Of a DNA stretch of 64,000 nucleotides, positions 54,760-64,000 are shown piece by piece. Within the stretch, counting starts at the first letter, position 1. Each line of letters opens with the position of its first letter. A program made the translations under genes and the position numbers. The DNA comes from Vulcanimicrobiota bacterium. Lineage in GTDB: Bacteria > Vulcanimicrobiota > Vulcanimicrobiia > Vulcanimicrobiales > Vulcanimicrobiaceae. The stretch is taken from positions 21,734 to 85,733 of the forward strand of contig CAWETW010000005.1 in assembly GCA_963812155.1 (NCBI GenBank), written 5' to 3'. The notes below the pieces were generated by a model that was not told the origin of the DNA, did not search any database, and was given only the letters and a program-made list of their open reading frames with translations.

Positions 54760-56632
54760 GTGAAGCGGTCGCTCAAGGGGTACCGTACTCTGTGCGCGGC
54801 GGCCGTGCTGTTTGCCGGGTGTGCGGGTGGCGGCGCCCAAAACTCGCTGGGTCTGCCCGCAGGGGCCGGCCTAAATCCAGGCGCCAACGTGATGGGGGCT
54901 GCTCCTAACGGCACGACGCTGTTTCGCGTGCGCGTGCCGTGGACGGCCGGAAATGGGGCCCCGGTTCCGGCGCGCGACGCCGCCGGGCGCTGGCGTGCCC
55001 ATGCCGATGGTCCCGGGAACGACGCCCACGCCTTTTGCGACCCCCACGCCGTTGAGCACCGGAGCACCCGCCGGCCCTTCCGCCCAGGTCCAGGCGATTA
55101 CGCTAAATCTCAGCGGCCCGACGCCGGCGACGGAAACGATCGGGTTGACCTCCGGATCGGCATCCTGCGTCAACGTCGCGGCGGGCGGCGCGGTCTGCCA
55201 AGCGTCGTTGCCGCTCGCGGCCGGCAACTATACGGCGGCCGTGTCCGAGGTGGGCGCCGCGATGCCGAACGGGATGCAAACGATCGCATTCGCGGTGACG
55301 TACGGCTCGGGCACCGTCGTAAATCTGACGCTTTCCGGCGTACCGCAGCAACTGGCCGTGCTTGCCGGATCGTCCATGAGTTACCTCAACGCGCAGGGCG
55401 GCGTCGATCTGTACGGTGCCGGAAAGCATCAACTCGTCGCGCAGCTCCTGGATGCCAACCAAAACATCATCGTTGGTGCCGCGTCACCGGTCGTCACCGT
55501 GGCGCAATCCGGCGGCGCGCTCGCGCTTTCGGTGGCACCGCCGGGTCCGAACCTTCCGAACGTCTTCACCGTTTCGCCGCCGGTTCCGTATGCCGGCGGC
55601 ACCGCGACGCTGCGCGTCATCGCCGCGTTTCCGGGAATGCTCTCGAATCCGTGCTTGCAAATCGGCGCGACCTGTTCGGGCAGCGTGGCCCTCGGCGTCA
55701 AGCAGTTGCTGGCGATTGCGAATGCGGGCACGAATGCGGTGGCATTATACGCCGGCGGCCAGAACGCGCCGGTCGCGACGATTCAAAACGGCGTGAGCAA
55801 TCCGCAGTCGCTGGTTTTCGACGGCGCCGGCGATTTGTTCGTTGCGAGCCAAACCGGCAGCGTTACCGCATACGCCGCGCCCTATAACGGATTGCCGGCG
55901 ACGATCGCCATGGGCGTCAATCATCCGCAAGCGCTCGCACTGGACGCGCGCGGCAATCTCTTCGTCGCCAACGGCAGCGCAAGCAACACCGTCACGGAAT
56001 ACTCGCCTCCCTACGGCGGCGGACCGGTGGCCACGATTTCGACCGGCATCGAAGATCCCGTCAGCCTCGGATTCGATGCCTCGAACGATCTGTTCGTCGC
56101 CAATCAGGCGTCGAACACCGTCACGGTTTACGCACCGCCGTACACCGGCACGCCGACGACGCTCTCGAACGGCCTGTACGGTCCGAACTCGTTAGCGCTC
56201 GACGGCCACGGAAATCTTTTCGTTTCGAACCTCAACAGCACGCCGGCATCGGTCGTCGAGTTTTCGCCGCCGTTCTCTGCTGCGAGCGCGCCTGCCGTCG
56301 CCATTACCAACGGCGTCAACGAACAAGGTGCGATCGCATTGGGTCCGTCGTCGAGCCTCTTCGTTCCCAATCAAGGCTCGAACACGGTGACGCAATATCT
56401 TCCGCCGTATGCCGCGGCGCCCGCAACGATTTCGGGCGGTCAGAATCAACCGGTCGCGCTCGCGATCGACGCTGCCGGCAATCTTTACGTCGCCAATTAC
56501 GGGAACAACACGGTGACGCAGTATCCGCCGCCGTACGCGGGCGCGTCGTGGATCACGATTTCCAACGGCGTGAGCAGTCCGCAGGCGCTCGCGCTTTCGC
56601 CGCCGACCTCGACGACCGCAATTTTCCCGTAG
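54760..56632 (+). CDS. lipoprotein with C-terminal NHL-repeat beta-propeller (frameshifted near 5' end)
   Basis: Lipobox FAGC; ~6 repeats of P..LA.D..GNLFVAN...NTVT.Y.PPY. Confidence 0.8.
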
Positions 56633-56637
56633 TGTTT

Positions 56638-58573
56638 TTACGCGGCGTCGACGACCAGGGCGCCGTCGTGGAGATCGACGCCGGCGGTGCTGCCCGCGTG
56701 TAATACGCCGCGCAATACGGCGGTGGAGATCGGCGTCGAGACGTGACGCGACACGGTGCGCTGCACGAAGCGCGCGCCCGAACCCGCCGCCATCGATTCC
56801 TCGGCGAGGAAGCGCCGGGCGTCGTCGGTGAGACGCAGCCGCACGTCGCGCGCGCCGAGCCGTGCCGCCAGCGCGTCGACGTGGATCGCGACGATGGCTT
56901 CGATTTGGGGTAGCCCCAGCGGTTCGAACGCGACGATCTCGTCGATGCGGTTGACGAGTTCGGGACGTAGCGCGAACGCCATTTCATCGTCTTCGAGATT
57001 GGTCGTGAGGACGATCAGCGCGTGGCGGAAATCGATCGTGCGTCCCTTCGCGTCGGTGACGCGACCGTCGTCGAGAATTTGCAGCAGCAGCGCGGCGACG
57101 TCGGGGTGCGCTTTTTCGAGTTCGTCGAAGAGCACGACGCAGTAGGGCCGGCGCCGCACCGGTTCGGTCAGCTGCCCCGGTTCGTCGTGGCCGGCGTATC
57201 CCGGCGGCGCGCCGAGCAAACGCGACACCGAGTGCTGCTCGGTGAATTCGGAGAGATCGATGCGTACGAGCGCGGATTCGCTGCCGAACAGGGCTTCGGC
57301 GAGCGCCTTCGCCAGTTCGGTTTTACCGACGCCGCTCGGGCCGCGGAAGAGAAAACTGCCGAGCGGTTTGCGCGGATCGTGCAATCCGGCGCGCGCGCGC
57401 CGGATTGCGTCGGAGACCGATGCGATCGCTCGCGACTGGCCGATGACGCGACGCGCGAGGACGTTCTCGAGATCGAGCAAGCGATTGGCTTGCGATTCGC
57501 TCAACGATGCTTGCGGAATTCCGGTCCAGCGCGTCACGACTGCCGCAACGTTCTCGCGCGTCACCACGGGACGATCGACGGTGCCTTTGTTCTGCAGCAC
57601 GACCGATGCGGCCGCTTCATCCATGAGATCGATCGCCTTGTCGGGCAAGAACCGGTCGGCGATGTAGCGCGCCGACAGTGCGGCGGCGGCTTCGATCGCG
57701 TCGTCGCCGATCGTCACGCGATGGTGCGAGGCGTATCCTTCACGCAGTCCGCGCAGAATTGCGACCGTCTGCTCGATGCTCGGCTCGTCGACCATGACCG
57801 GCTGAAACCGGCGTTCGAGCGCTGCATCGGACTCGACGTACTTTCGATATTCGTCGAACGTCGTCGCACCGATGCACTGCAGTTCGCCGCGCGCCAACTC
57901 CGGCTTGATCATCGAACTGAGGTCGAGCGCGCCTTCGGCAGCGCCCGCGCCGACGAGCGTGTGCAGTTCGTCGATGAACAGAATGACGTCGCGCGCACTG
58001 CGCTTGACTTCGTCGAGAATGCGTTTGACGCGGCCCTCGAATTCGCCGCGATACTTCGTTCCGGCGACGAGCGGACCGAGCGAAAGCGCGAGCACGCGCT
58101 TTCCGCGCAGCGACGCCGGCACCGTTGCCCTCGACGATCTTCAGCGCCAGCCCTTCGACGATCGCGGTCTTTCCGACGCCCGGCTCGCCGACGAGCACGG
58201 GATTGTTCTTGCTGCGGCGCGCGAGAATCGAAACGACGCGTTCGATTTCGTCGTCGCGTCCGATGACGGGATCGAGTTTGCCGTTGCGCGCCAGATCGGT
58301 CAGGTCGCGCGAAAAACTTCCCAGCGTCGGCGTGCCGCGGAAACGGCGCGTCAGTTCGTCGAGCGGCGATCCGCCGCGCTCGCGTTCCTCGCCTCCGAGC
58401 CGCTCGCTGAGCAGGATGCCTCCGGCGATGATGCCCGCCGCAGCCAGAGCCGCGCCGAGAAACGGCAGCGCGCCCGTGACCGTCCGTCGCTGGGCGCAGG
58501 CGGTGCACAGGCGCCGGCGGCCGTCGAAGACGGGTGCCGGGAGGGCGCCGCAGTTTTCACAGGTCGAAGTCAT
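56638..58573 (-). CDS. atypical Clp/Hsp100 AAA+ ATPase (Zn finger + hydrophobic helix, two NBDs; frameshift near 58125)
   Basis: [56 protein letters not shown]. Confidence 0.9.
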
Positions 58574-58606
58574 CGCTCTGCTCTACCGGTGGGCGCCCGC
58601 GAGGTT

Positions 58607-59305
58607 TCAGGGCTGCGCCAGGAACGTCGCGCTCAAGGTCACCGTAACGCTGACGTTCGACTGATCGAACCGCGTCGGCGCGTTGGCCGCCATGCGCATC
58701 ATCGGCTGGGGTTCGACTCCGCCGCCGCCAAGGTCGACGCTCTTCAGGGAAACGACGTGCAAGTGCGCCGCTGCGGCCAGCGTCTCGGCGTTCGCGCGAG
58801 CGTCGGCAACGGCTTTGCCGGTCGCCTGCGTGCGCGCCACGCTCGGGTCGGCGAGTCCGAACGAAACGTCGTTGATCGACGTGGCGCCGGAACCGCTGCA
58901 CGCGTCGGCGACGCGGCCGGCGTTGCCAATGTCGCGCACTTTGACGGCAAACGTGCGCGACACGGTGTAACCGTAACGCTCTCCATCGGGACTCGGCGCC
59001 ACGATGTGCGGTTTGGGATTGTAACTCATGTTGTACGACACGAGTGAGACGTCGCTGCGCGCGACGCCGGTTTTCACGACCGCCGCGACGATGCGCTCGT
59101 AGACGGCGTTGTTCTTCCCGACCGCATCCCCGGCGGCCGGTGCGTTGGTTTCGACCGCGGCGACGACGTTTGCGACGTCGGGTTGCATCGTCACCGAACC
59201 CGTGCCCGAAACGCGGATCTCGGTGGTCCCGGGAGGCGTGTCGGCGCTTGCGGGAGCCGACGCAACCGCGAGCGCTCCAAGCAGGCAGAGGAGAAGACGC
59301 TTCAT
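58607..59305 (-). CDS. SIMPL (DUF541/BP26/YggE) exported protein
   Basis: Signal peptide, I.VSG.G.V..PD, GAT.I..V.F, A...AV.DAR..AE.LA. Confidence 0.88.
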   Translation of the reverse strand: MKRLLLCLLGALAVASAPASADTPPGTTEIRVSGTGSVTMQPDVANVVAAVETNAPAAGDAVGKNNAVYERIVAAVVKTGVARSDVSLVSYNMSYNPKPHIVAPSPDGERYGYTVSRTFAVKVRDIGNAGRVADACSGSGATSINDVSFGLADPSVARTQATGKAVADARANAETLAAAAHLHVVSLKSVDLGGGGVEPQPMMRMAANAPTRFDQSNVSVTVTLSATFLAQP

Positions 59306-59382
59306 ACCCACGTAACGTCGACGCCGGGGCGGCGGTGCCCTTGGTCGAATCTTTCACCGATAGAAAAGGAGGCGCTGGCCGC

Positions 59383-59640
59383 ATGGGCATTCTGTTGTGG
59401 ATCGTTTTCGGGTTGATCGTGGGGCTGGTCGCGCGATGGCTCGTTCCGGGTGAGGGGCCGGGCGGGGTTCTCGGCGACATCGTCATTGGCATCATCGGGG
59501 CCATCATCGGCGGATGGATCTATCGATTCTTCGGACATACCGGCGTCACGGGTTTCAATCTGCCGAGCATTGTCTGCGCGATCGTCGGGGCGGTCGTGCT
59601 ACTCTTTATCATCCGCGCGCTACGCGGCCGGCCGGCGTAG
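59383..59640 (+). CDS. GlsB/YeaQ/YmgE transglycosylase-associated stress membrane protein
   Basis: WIVFGLIVG..A...PG...GG....I.GIIGA..GG; SD AAGGAGG. Confidence 0.9.
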   Translation: MGILLWIVFGLIVGLVARWLVPGEGPGGVLGDIVIGIIGAIIGGWIYRFFGHTGVTGFNLPSIVCAIVGAVVLLFIIRALRGRPA

Positions 59641-59713
59641 CGCCCCATGCCGGCGCGTCCGCCGCGTAAGGGCAGGGGCCGGCGCCACCGCTCGTCGTAA
59701 GGGGAAACCGCCC

Positions 59714-59962
59714 ATGGCCTACGTCATCACCGAACCGTGCATCGGCACCAAGGACAAGTCGTGCGTCGACGTTTGTCCGGTCGACTGCATTCACGGCAAG
59801 GATGAGGACGAGATGCTCTACATCGATCCCGAGGTGTGCATCGACTGCGGCGCGTGCGTCTCCGCCTGCCCGGTCGAAGCGATCTTCGCGGATTCCGACG
59901 TTCCCGAGCAGTTCGAAAAATACACCGAAATCAACGCGGAGTATTTCAAGAAGCAAAGCTAA
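59714..59962 (+). CDS. dicluster ferredoxin (7Fe FdxA-type)
   Basis: AYVITEPC..KD.SCVDVCPVDCIH; CIDCGACVSACPVEAIF. Confidence 0.93.
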   Translation: MAYVITEPCIGTKDKSCVDVCPVDCIHGKDEDEMLYIDPEVCIDCGACVSACPVEAIFADSDVPEQFEKYTEINAEYFKKQS

Positions 59963-60788
59963 CCGCGAAGACCGTCGCCGGCCGCGCGATCACCAGATCG
60001 GCCTCCTCGAGCAGCGAAGGAAGTGCATCGTCGCGTCTGACGGCGAGCACGCGGGAAACGGCCCGCAGACGGACGCGGCTGGCACGCTGTGCCGGGTCGC
60101 GGTAAAAGAGATCGCCGCCGCCGTCTCCTGCCGACTCGCCGCGCAAGGCTAAGAACGCGCACGGATGCACGCCGATGCTTTCGAGGCGGCCGCCGCGGCG
60201 CACGAATCCCACCGCGTATTCGCCGGCACCCTCCAGCCGCAGCGGCACGACCAGCCGCGCTCCGTCGGAAAGCGCGTTCCACCACGACTCGGCGACGTCG
60301 TCGCTGCGCGCGGTGACGACGATGCGATCGTAGCGCGTTCCTTGCATGGCCGGCCCGGCTCCGTCGGCGGTGAGCACGCGAACCTGCGCGTAGCCGAGGC
60401 TTTCGAGCACCGCCCCGGCGCGCGCCGTCAAGTCCGCATCGAGATCCGTCGTCGTGACGTCTCCCGCGGCCCCGACGAGTTCGGCGAGCAGCGCCGCATG
60501 ATAGCCGCTCCCCGTACCCACTTCGAGTACGCGGTCGCCGGCTTCGGGCGCGAGCAGCTGTAGCATGAGCGCGATCATGCTGGGTTGCGAAACTGAGGAG
60601 AGCACTTCGCCGTCGCTGCTCTTGATGGCAATCGCGCGGTCGGCATAGGCGTCGTCGAGCGGCATCTCGGGAAGAAACCGGTGCCGCGGCACGGCGCGCA
60701 TCGCGTTCGCGACCGGTCCCGCCCGAAGGCAGCCGCTGCGCTCGACGTTGGCGACCATTGCTTCGCGAAGGGTTACGTCGCGCTCCAC
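59946..60788 (-). CDS. pcm: protein-L-isoaspartate O-methyltransferase
   Basis: VPRHRF, AY.D, SQP, VLEVGTGSGY.AALL, DG, YDRIVVTA, LVVPL. Confidence 0.85.
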   Translation of the reverse strand: MERDVTLREAMVANVERSGCLRAGPVANAMRAVPRHRFLPEMPLDDAYADRAIAIKSSDGEVLSSVSQPSMIALMLQLLAPEAGDRVLEVGTGSGYHAALLAELVGAAGDVTTTDLDADLTARAGAVLESLGYAQVRVLTADGAGPAMQGTRYDRIVVTARSDDVAESWWNALSDGARLVVPLRLEGAGEYAVGFVRRGGRLESIGVHPCAFLALRGESAGDGGGDLFYRDPAQRASRVRLRAVSRVLAVRRDDALPSLLEEADLVIARPATVFAVSFAS

Positions 60789-60845
60789 GACTGCGACTTC
60801 GCCCCGACCGAGGTCCGCTCCCGATCCAGCGGGAAAAAGAACGCC

Positions 60846-61094
60846 ATGTCGTCGCAGATCTCGGCTACCGCCTTCAACCATTTTTTCGCGTGGGCGCCGC
60901 TCGTCGTGGGCGTCGTCATCTACGCTGCGTTCTACGTCGCAAAGCGGCACGAGGTCGCGGCCGGCGGCGCGCCGATCGGGCAGACGTTTGCATGCGCGGG
61001 CTGCGGACGCCGCGGACATCGCGAGCACATGCTGGCGCGGGAGCATAGCGGCGCCACTCTGTGGTACTGCGGTCGTTGTGCTTCCCTAACTTGA
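60846..61094 (+). CDS. small TM + Cys4 zinc-ribbon protein (82 aa)
   Basis: Hydrophobic helix followed by CAGC...CGRC. Confidence 0.65.
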   Translation: MSSQISATAFNHFFAWAPLVVGVVIYAAFYVAKRHEVAAGGAPIGQTFACAGCGRRGHREHMLAREHSGATLWYCGRCASLT

Positions 61095-61116
61095 GGAAGC
61101 TTTGATTTAAGCCGAA

Positions 61117-61371
61117 TCAGGGATTTCCTGAAATTTGTAGGACTTCGTTGATTTCGGGCACGTCGGCCACGACGATCGCTTCGATTGCGCCCTTGAGCGT
61201 CATCATCGACGCAGGGCAGCCGCCGCAGGCGCCGAGCATCTGCACGTACGCGGCGCCGTCCTCGACTTTCACCAGCCACACCTCGCCTCCGTCCATCGCG
61301 ATTCCGGGACGGACCTTGTCGAGGGCCGCGTTGACGCGTTCTTCGAGGCTAAGCGTTTTGGCCGTATCCAT
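61117..61371 (-). CDS. NifU C-terminal (Nfu) Fe-S carrier
   Basis: VRP...DGG.V.L, GACGGCP.S..TLK..IE. Confidence 0.92.
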   Translation of the reverse strand: MDTAKTLSLEERVNAALDKVRPGIAMDGGEVWLVKVEDGAAYVQMLGACGGCPASMMTLKGAIEAIVVADVPEINEVLQISGNP

Positions 61372-62272
61372 TCATGACGTCGTGCATGCGCTGCGCCATG
61401 GACAGCGCGTCGTCCCATTTGCGTTGCCACATGTTTCGTCCGAAAATGAGTCCGACGCACCCGGCCTCCATCGCGACGCGCGCCTTGTGAATGGTCGCCT
61501 CGTCGCCCATTTTGCTGCCGCCCGAAACGAGCACGAGCGTGCGTCCGGCCGATTTCACGACCTTGCGCAAGCCTTCGACGTCGTCGAACTCGAGCGTGTC
61601 GTACGGCTTGGGCAGTTTCGGCGCGTCGGCGGCCTTCCACACCGGTTCGTTGAGCTTCACGACGTTCGCACCGATCTCGCACGCGACGCGCGCCGCATAG
61701 TCGACGGCGTAGAGCGAGTCGATGCCGCCCTTGGCTTTCACCGCCGCGCCGCGCGGATACGCCCACACGACGAGCGGCATGCCGTAACGGTCGCACTCGC
61801 GCCGCACGTCGTTGCACTGCGCGATGTCGAGATCTTGCGCCGGGCTTCCAACGTAGAGCGTGTAGCCGACCGCGTCGGCGCCGAGGCGAATCGCATCTTC
61901 GACCGACGACGTCATCGGACTGAAGGCATCGTCGTCGGGCGGAACGTTCGTCTTGCCGTTGACCTTGAGCAAAAGCGGCACCCGTCCCGCGTATTTCTGC
62001 TGATATTTTTCCGCCAAACCGACGTGCAGCGCGATGCCGGAGAAATTGCCGGCAACGGCCAGCCGGTAAATCCAATCGGTGTCGATCGAGTCGGGATTGT
62101 CGAAGAAGTCGACCGGCCCGTGTTCGAGACCTTGATCGATCGGCAGCATCATCAACGTGCCGTTGGCGGGCCCGTGTTCGTACATGAGGCGGTGAAGCCG
62201 CGTGCGCTTGCCCGTCGAGAGGTTCATGTCGTCGAACGTCGGGCGCGTCACGGGGAGGGCGGCGATGGTCAC
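61349..62272 (-). CDS. fbaB: class I fructose-bisphosphate aldolase (DhnA type)
   Basis: LPIDQGLEHGP, A.RLGADAVGYT.Y.GS, WAYPRG, SGG, GLIFGRN.WQ. Confidence 0.9.
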   Translation of the reverse strand: MTIAALPVTRPTFDDMNLSTGKRTRLHRLMYEHGPANGTLMMLPIDQGLEHGPVDFFDNPDSIDTDWIYRLAVAGNFSGIALHVGLAEKYQQKYAGRVPLLLKVNGKTNVPPDDDAFSPMTSSVEDAIRLGADAVGYTLYVGSPAQDLDIAQCNDVRRECDRYGMPLVVWAYPRGAAVKAKGGIDSLYAVDYAARVACEIGANVVKLNEPVWKAADAPKLPKPYDTLEFDDVEGLRKVVKSAGRTLVLVSGGSKMGDEATIHKARVAMEAGCVGLIFGRNMWQRKWDDALSMAQRMHDVMNGYGQNA

Positions 62273-62340
62273 GGCAGTCGTGCTCCGTTGAAACGTAGAG
62301 GTGGCGGTACGGAACAGGCTTCGGCGGAGTCGGACGCAGC

Positions 62341-62357
62341 CCTAGTGGGACACTAGG
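62341..62357. promoter_or_regulatory. perfect palindrome between divergent genes (candidate operator)
   Basis: CCTAGTG-GGA-CACTAGG. Confidence 0.45.
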
Positions 62358-62410
62358 ACGGTACGCCGGCATGGCGGGAATGCCGTCGCGTTGCGACCAA
62401 AGGCGGGGCG

Positions 62411-63310
62411 GTGAGCGAGCCCCGGGTCGGATTCGTCGGACTCGGCGCCATGGGAGAGCCGATGGTGCGCTCCTTGCGCCGTGCCGGCTTTGCCGTCGCC
62501 GCCTGCGCGCATCGCAGGCGCGATGCGCTCGAGCGTTTGCGCGCCGAGTGCGCCGTTACCGAAGCGGCCAATCCCCGGGAAGTCGCCGCGACGTCCGGCG
62601 TCGTCGCAATCTGCGTTCCCGACGCCCCCGAGGTCGAAGATGCGATCTTTACGCCGGACGGCATTGCCGCCGGCGCGCGTCCCGGCACGCTCGTCATCGA
62701 TCTCTCAACGATATCCCCCGTGGCGTCGCGGCGGTTCGCGCAGCGGCTGCGCGAACGCGGCATCGCCTTCGTCGATGCGCCGGTCAGCGGCGGACCGGCG
62801 CGCGCCGCCAACGGAACGCTCGCAATCATGGCGGGCGGTTCGGAAGAAGACTTCGCGCGCGCCGAACCGGTGTTGCGCGCGATGGGGACGCCGCATCACT
62901 TGGGCCCGGTCGGCATGGGTGAAACGGTCAAACTCGTTAACCAAATCATTATCGCCGGTGTGATGATCGCCAACGCCGAAGGGCTCGCCTTCGCACGGCG
63001 CGCCGGAGCCGACCTCGATCGCGTTCGCGGCGTGCTCGCCTCGGCGACGGCATCGAACTACCTGCTGGAGCACTGGCTGCCGAAAACTTGGCTAGCCGGA
63101 CGGTTCGATGGAGGATTTGCCCTCGATTTACTTCGTAAGGACTTAGCCGCGGCACTCGATGCCGCGCGCACCGACGGATATCCGATGCCGGCGACGGCGC
63201 TGGCCTATCAGCTTTATACTGCTCGCTCGGCTATGGGAGACGGAGCGCTGGATTACAGCGCGGTCGCAAAATCGTATGAATGGAATCGTGGAGACGAAGC
63301 CCCCGCGTAG
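62411..63310 (+). CDS. beta-hydroxyacid dehydrogenase (3-hydroxyisobutyrate/tartronate semialdehyde reductase family)
   Basis: GFVGLGAMG, D.STI.P, DAPVSGG, G.G..VKLVNQ, F.L.L..KDL. Confidence 0.9.
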   Translation: MSEPRVGFVGLGAMGEPMVRSLRRAGFAVAACAHRRRDALERLRAECAVTEAANPREVAATSGVVAICVPDAPEVEDAIFTPDGIAAGARPGTLVIDLSTISPVASRRFAQRLRERGIAFVDAPVSGGPARAANGTLAIMAGGSEEDFARAEPVLRAMGTPHHLGPVGMGETVKLVNQIIIAGVMIANAEGLAFARRAGADLDRVRGVLASATASNYLLEHWLPKTWLAGRFDGGFALDLLRKDLAAALDAARTDGYPMPATALAYQLYTARSAMGDGALDYSAVAKSYEWNRGDEAPA

Positions 63311-64000
63311 CGGGATCGTCAAGGCGCCCGACGTCAATAAGAAGATCCTCGTCGTCGACGACGAGTCGGCAATTCTTCAAACCTTGCGCTTCAATCTCGA
63401 ACGCAGCGGTTACGCGGTCGTCACGGCCGGCGACGGTCGCAACGCGATCGTTACCGCGCAGCGCGAGCAGCCAGACCTCATCGTGCTCGACATCATGTTG
63501 CCCGTGCTCGACGGCATCGAGGCGTGCAAAGAGATTCGCAAGTTCTCATCGGTGCCGATCATCATGCTCACGGCCAAGGATCAGGAGATCGATAAGGTGC
63601 TGGCGCTCGAGTTGGGCGCCGACGACTACGTTACCAAGCCGTTCGCGCTGCACGAGTTTCTCGCGCGCGTCAAGGCCCGGCTGCGCCGGCAAGCGCCGAT
63701 CCAGTCGGATCACGACGAAGCGATCGCGCTCGGCGAAATCGTCCTGGATCCGTCGCGCCAGCAGTTGACGGTTCGCGGGCAGAACGTCGCGCTGGCGCCG
63801 AAAGAGTTCGCGCTGCTGCGGGTGCTCATGGAGAACAACGGGCGCGTGGTGACGCGTCAGACGCTGCTCGACAAGGTATGGGGCTACGATTTCGAGGGCG
63901 AGCAGCAGACGGTCAGCGTGCACGTGCGCTGGTTGCGCGAAAAGATCGAGGAAGATTCCCGCACGCCGCGACACATTCTCACCGTGCGCAGCCGCGGCTA
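63276..64000 (+). CDS. OmpR/PhoB-family response regulator (3'-truncated by window)
   Basis: KILVVDDE, PDLIVLDIMLP.LDG, MLTAK, GADDYVTKPF, KEF.LL, VWG, V.VHV..LR.KIE. Confidence 0.93.
   Translation, partial: MNGIVETKPPRSGIVKAPDVNKKILVVDDESAILQTLRFNLERSGYAVVTAGDGRNAIVTAQREQPDLIVLDIMLPVLDGIEACKEIRKFSSVPIIMLTAKDQEIDKVLALELGADDYVTKPFALHEFLARVKARLRRQAPIQSDHDEAIALGEIVLDPSRQQLTVRGQNVALAPKEFALLRVLMENNGRVVTRQTLLDKVWGYDFEGEQQTVSVHVRWLREKIEEDSRTPRHILTVRSRG

Noticed and set aside
55700..56600. Periodic repeats suggesting an array
   Set aside because: These are degenerate protein-level NHL propeller repeats, not CRISPR; there are no identical repeat-spacer units or cas genes.

Overview
Bacterial chromosomal window with high GC content, made up almost entirely of housekeeping genes (about 68 CDSs). 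I found no CRISPR array, rRNA, tRNA, prophage or IS element. Gene order is Terrabacteria/Firmicutes-like (smpB-tilS-ftsH; G5/3D-rsmA; folC-folP-folB-folK-accB-like-accC-nusB-PBP1A-xseAB-tlyA-nadK-recN; rimP-nusA-ylxR-infB-rbfA-nrnA-truB-ribF). It also carries a Gram-positive-type LexA box together with diderm features (ExbB/ExbD/TonB, a GT9-like transferase). That mix suggests a diderm Terrabacteria lineage such as Eremiobacterota/Vulcanimicrobiota; this is an inference. Many essential genes are frameshifted, in patches, which fits long-read indel errors rather than pseudogenes. The most unusual items are: (1) a two-NBD Clp/Hsp100 ATPase with an N-terminal Cys4 Zn finger plus a hydrophobic helix, and no M-domain or ClpP-binding loop; (2) a BCCP-like domain in the accB position that lacks the biotinyl-lysine (EALGI) and is in frame with FolK; (3) a LexA-boxed operon encoding a catalytically degenerate RNase H-fold protein and a 3-methyladenine glycosylase; (4) a ~240-nt structured leader of unknown class upstream of a G5-3D cell-wall gene; (5) a pair of exported, apparently inactive M16-like proteins coupled to ftsH; (6) an ExbB/ExbD2 motor locus with several TonB-type partners and no receptor; (7) several candidate near-cognate start codons. 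All family assignments come from recognising motifs by eye; no searches were run.
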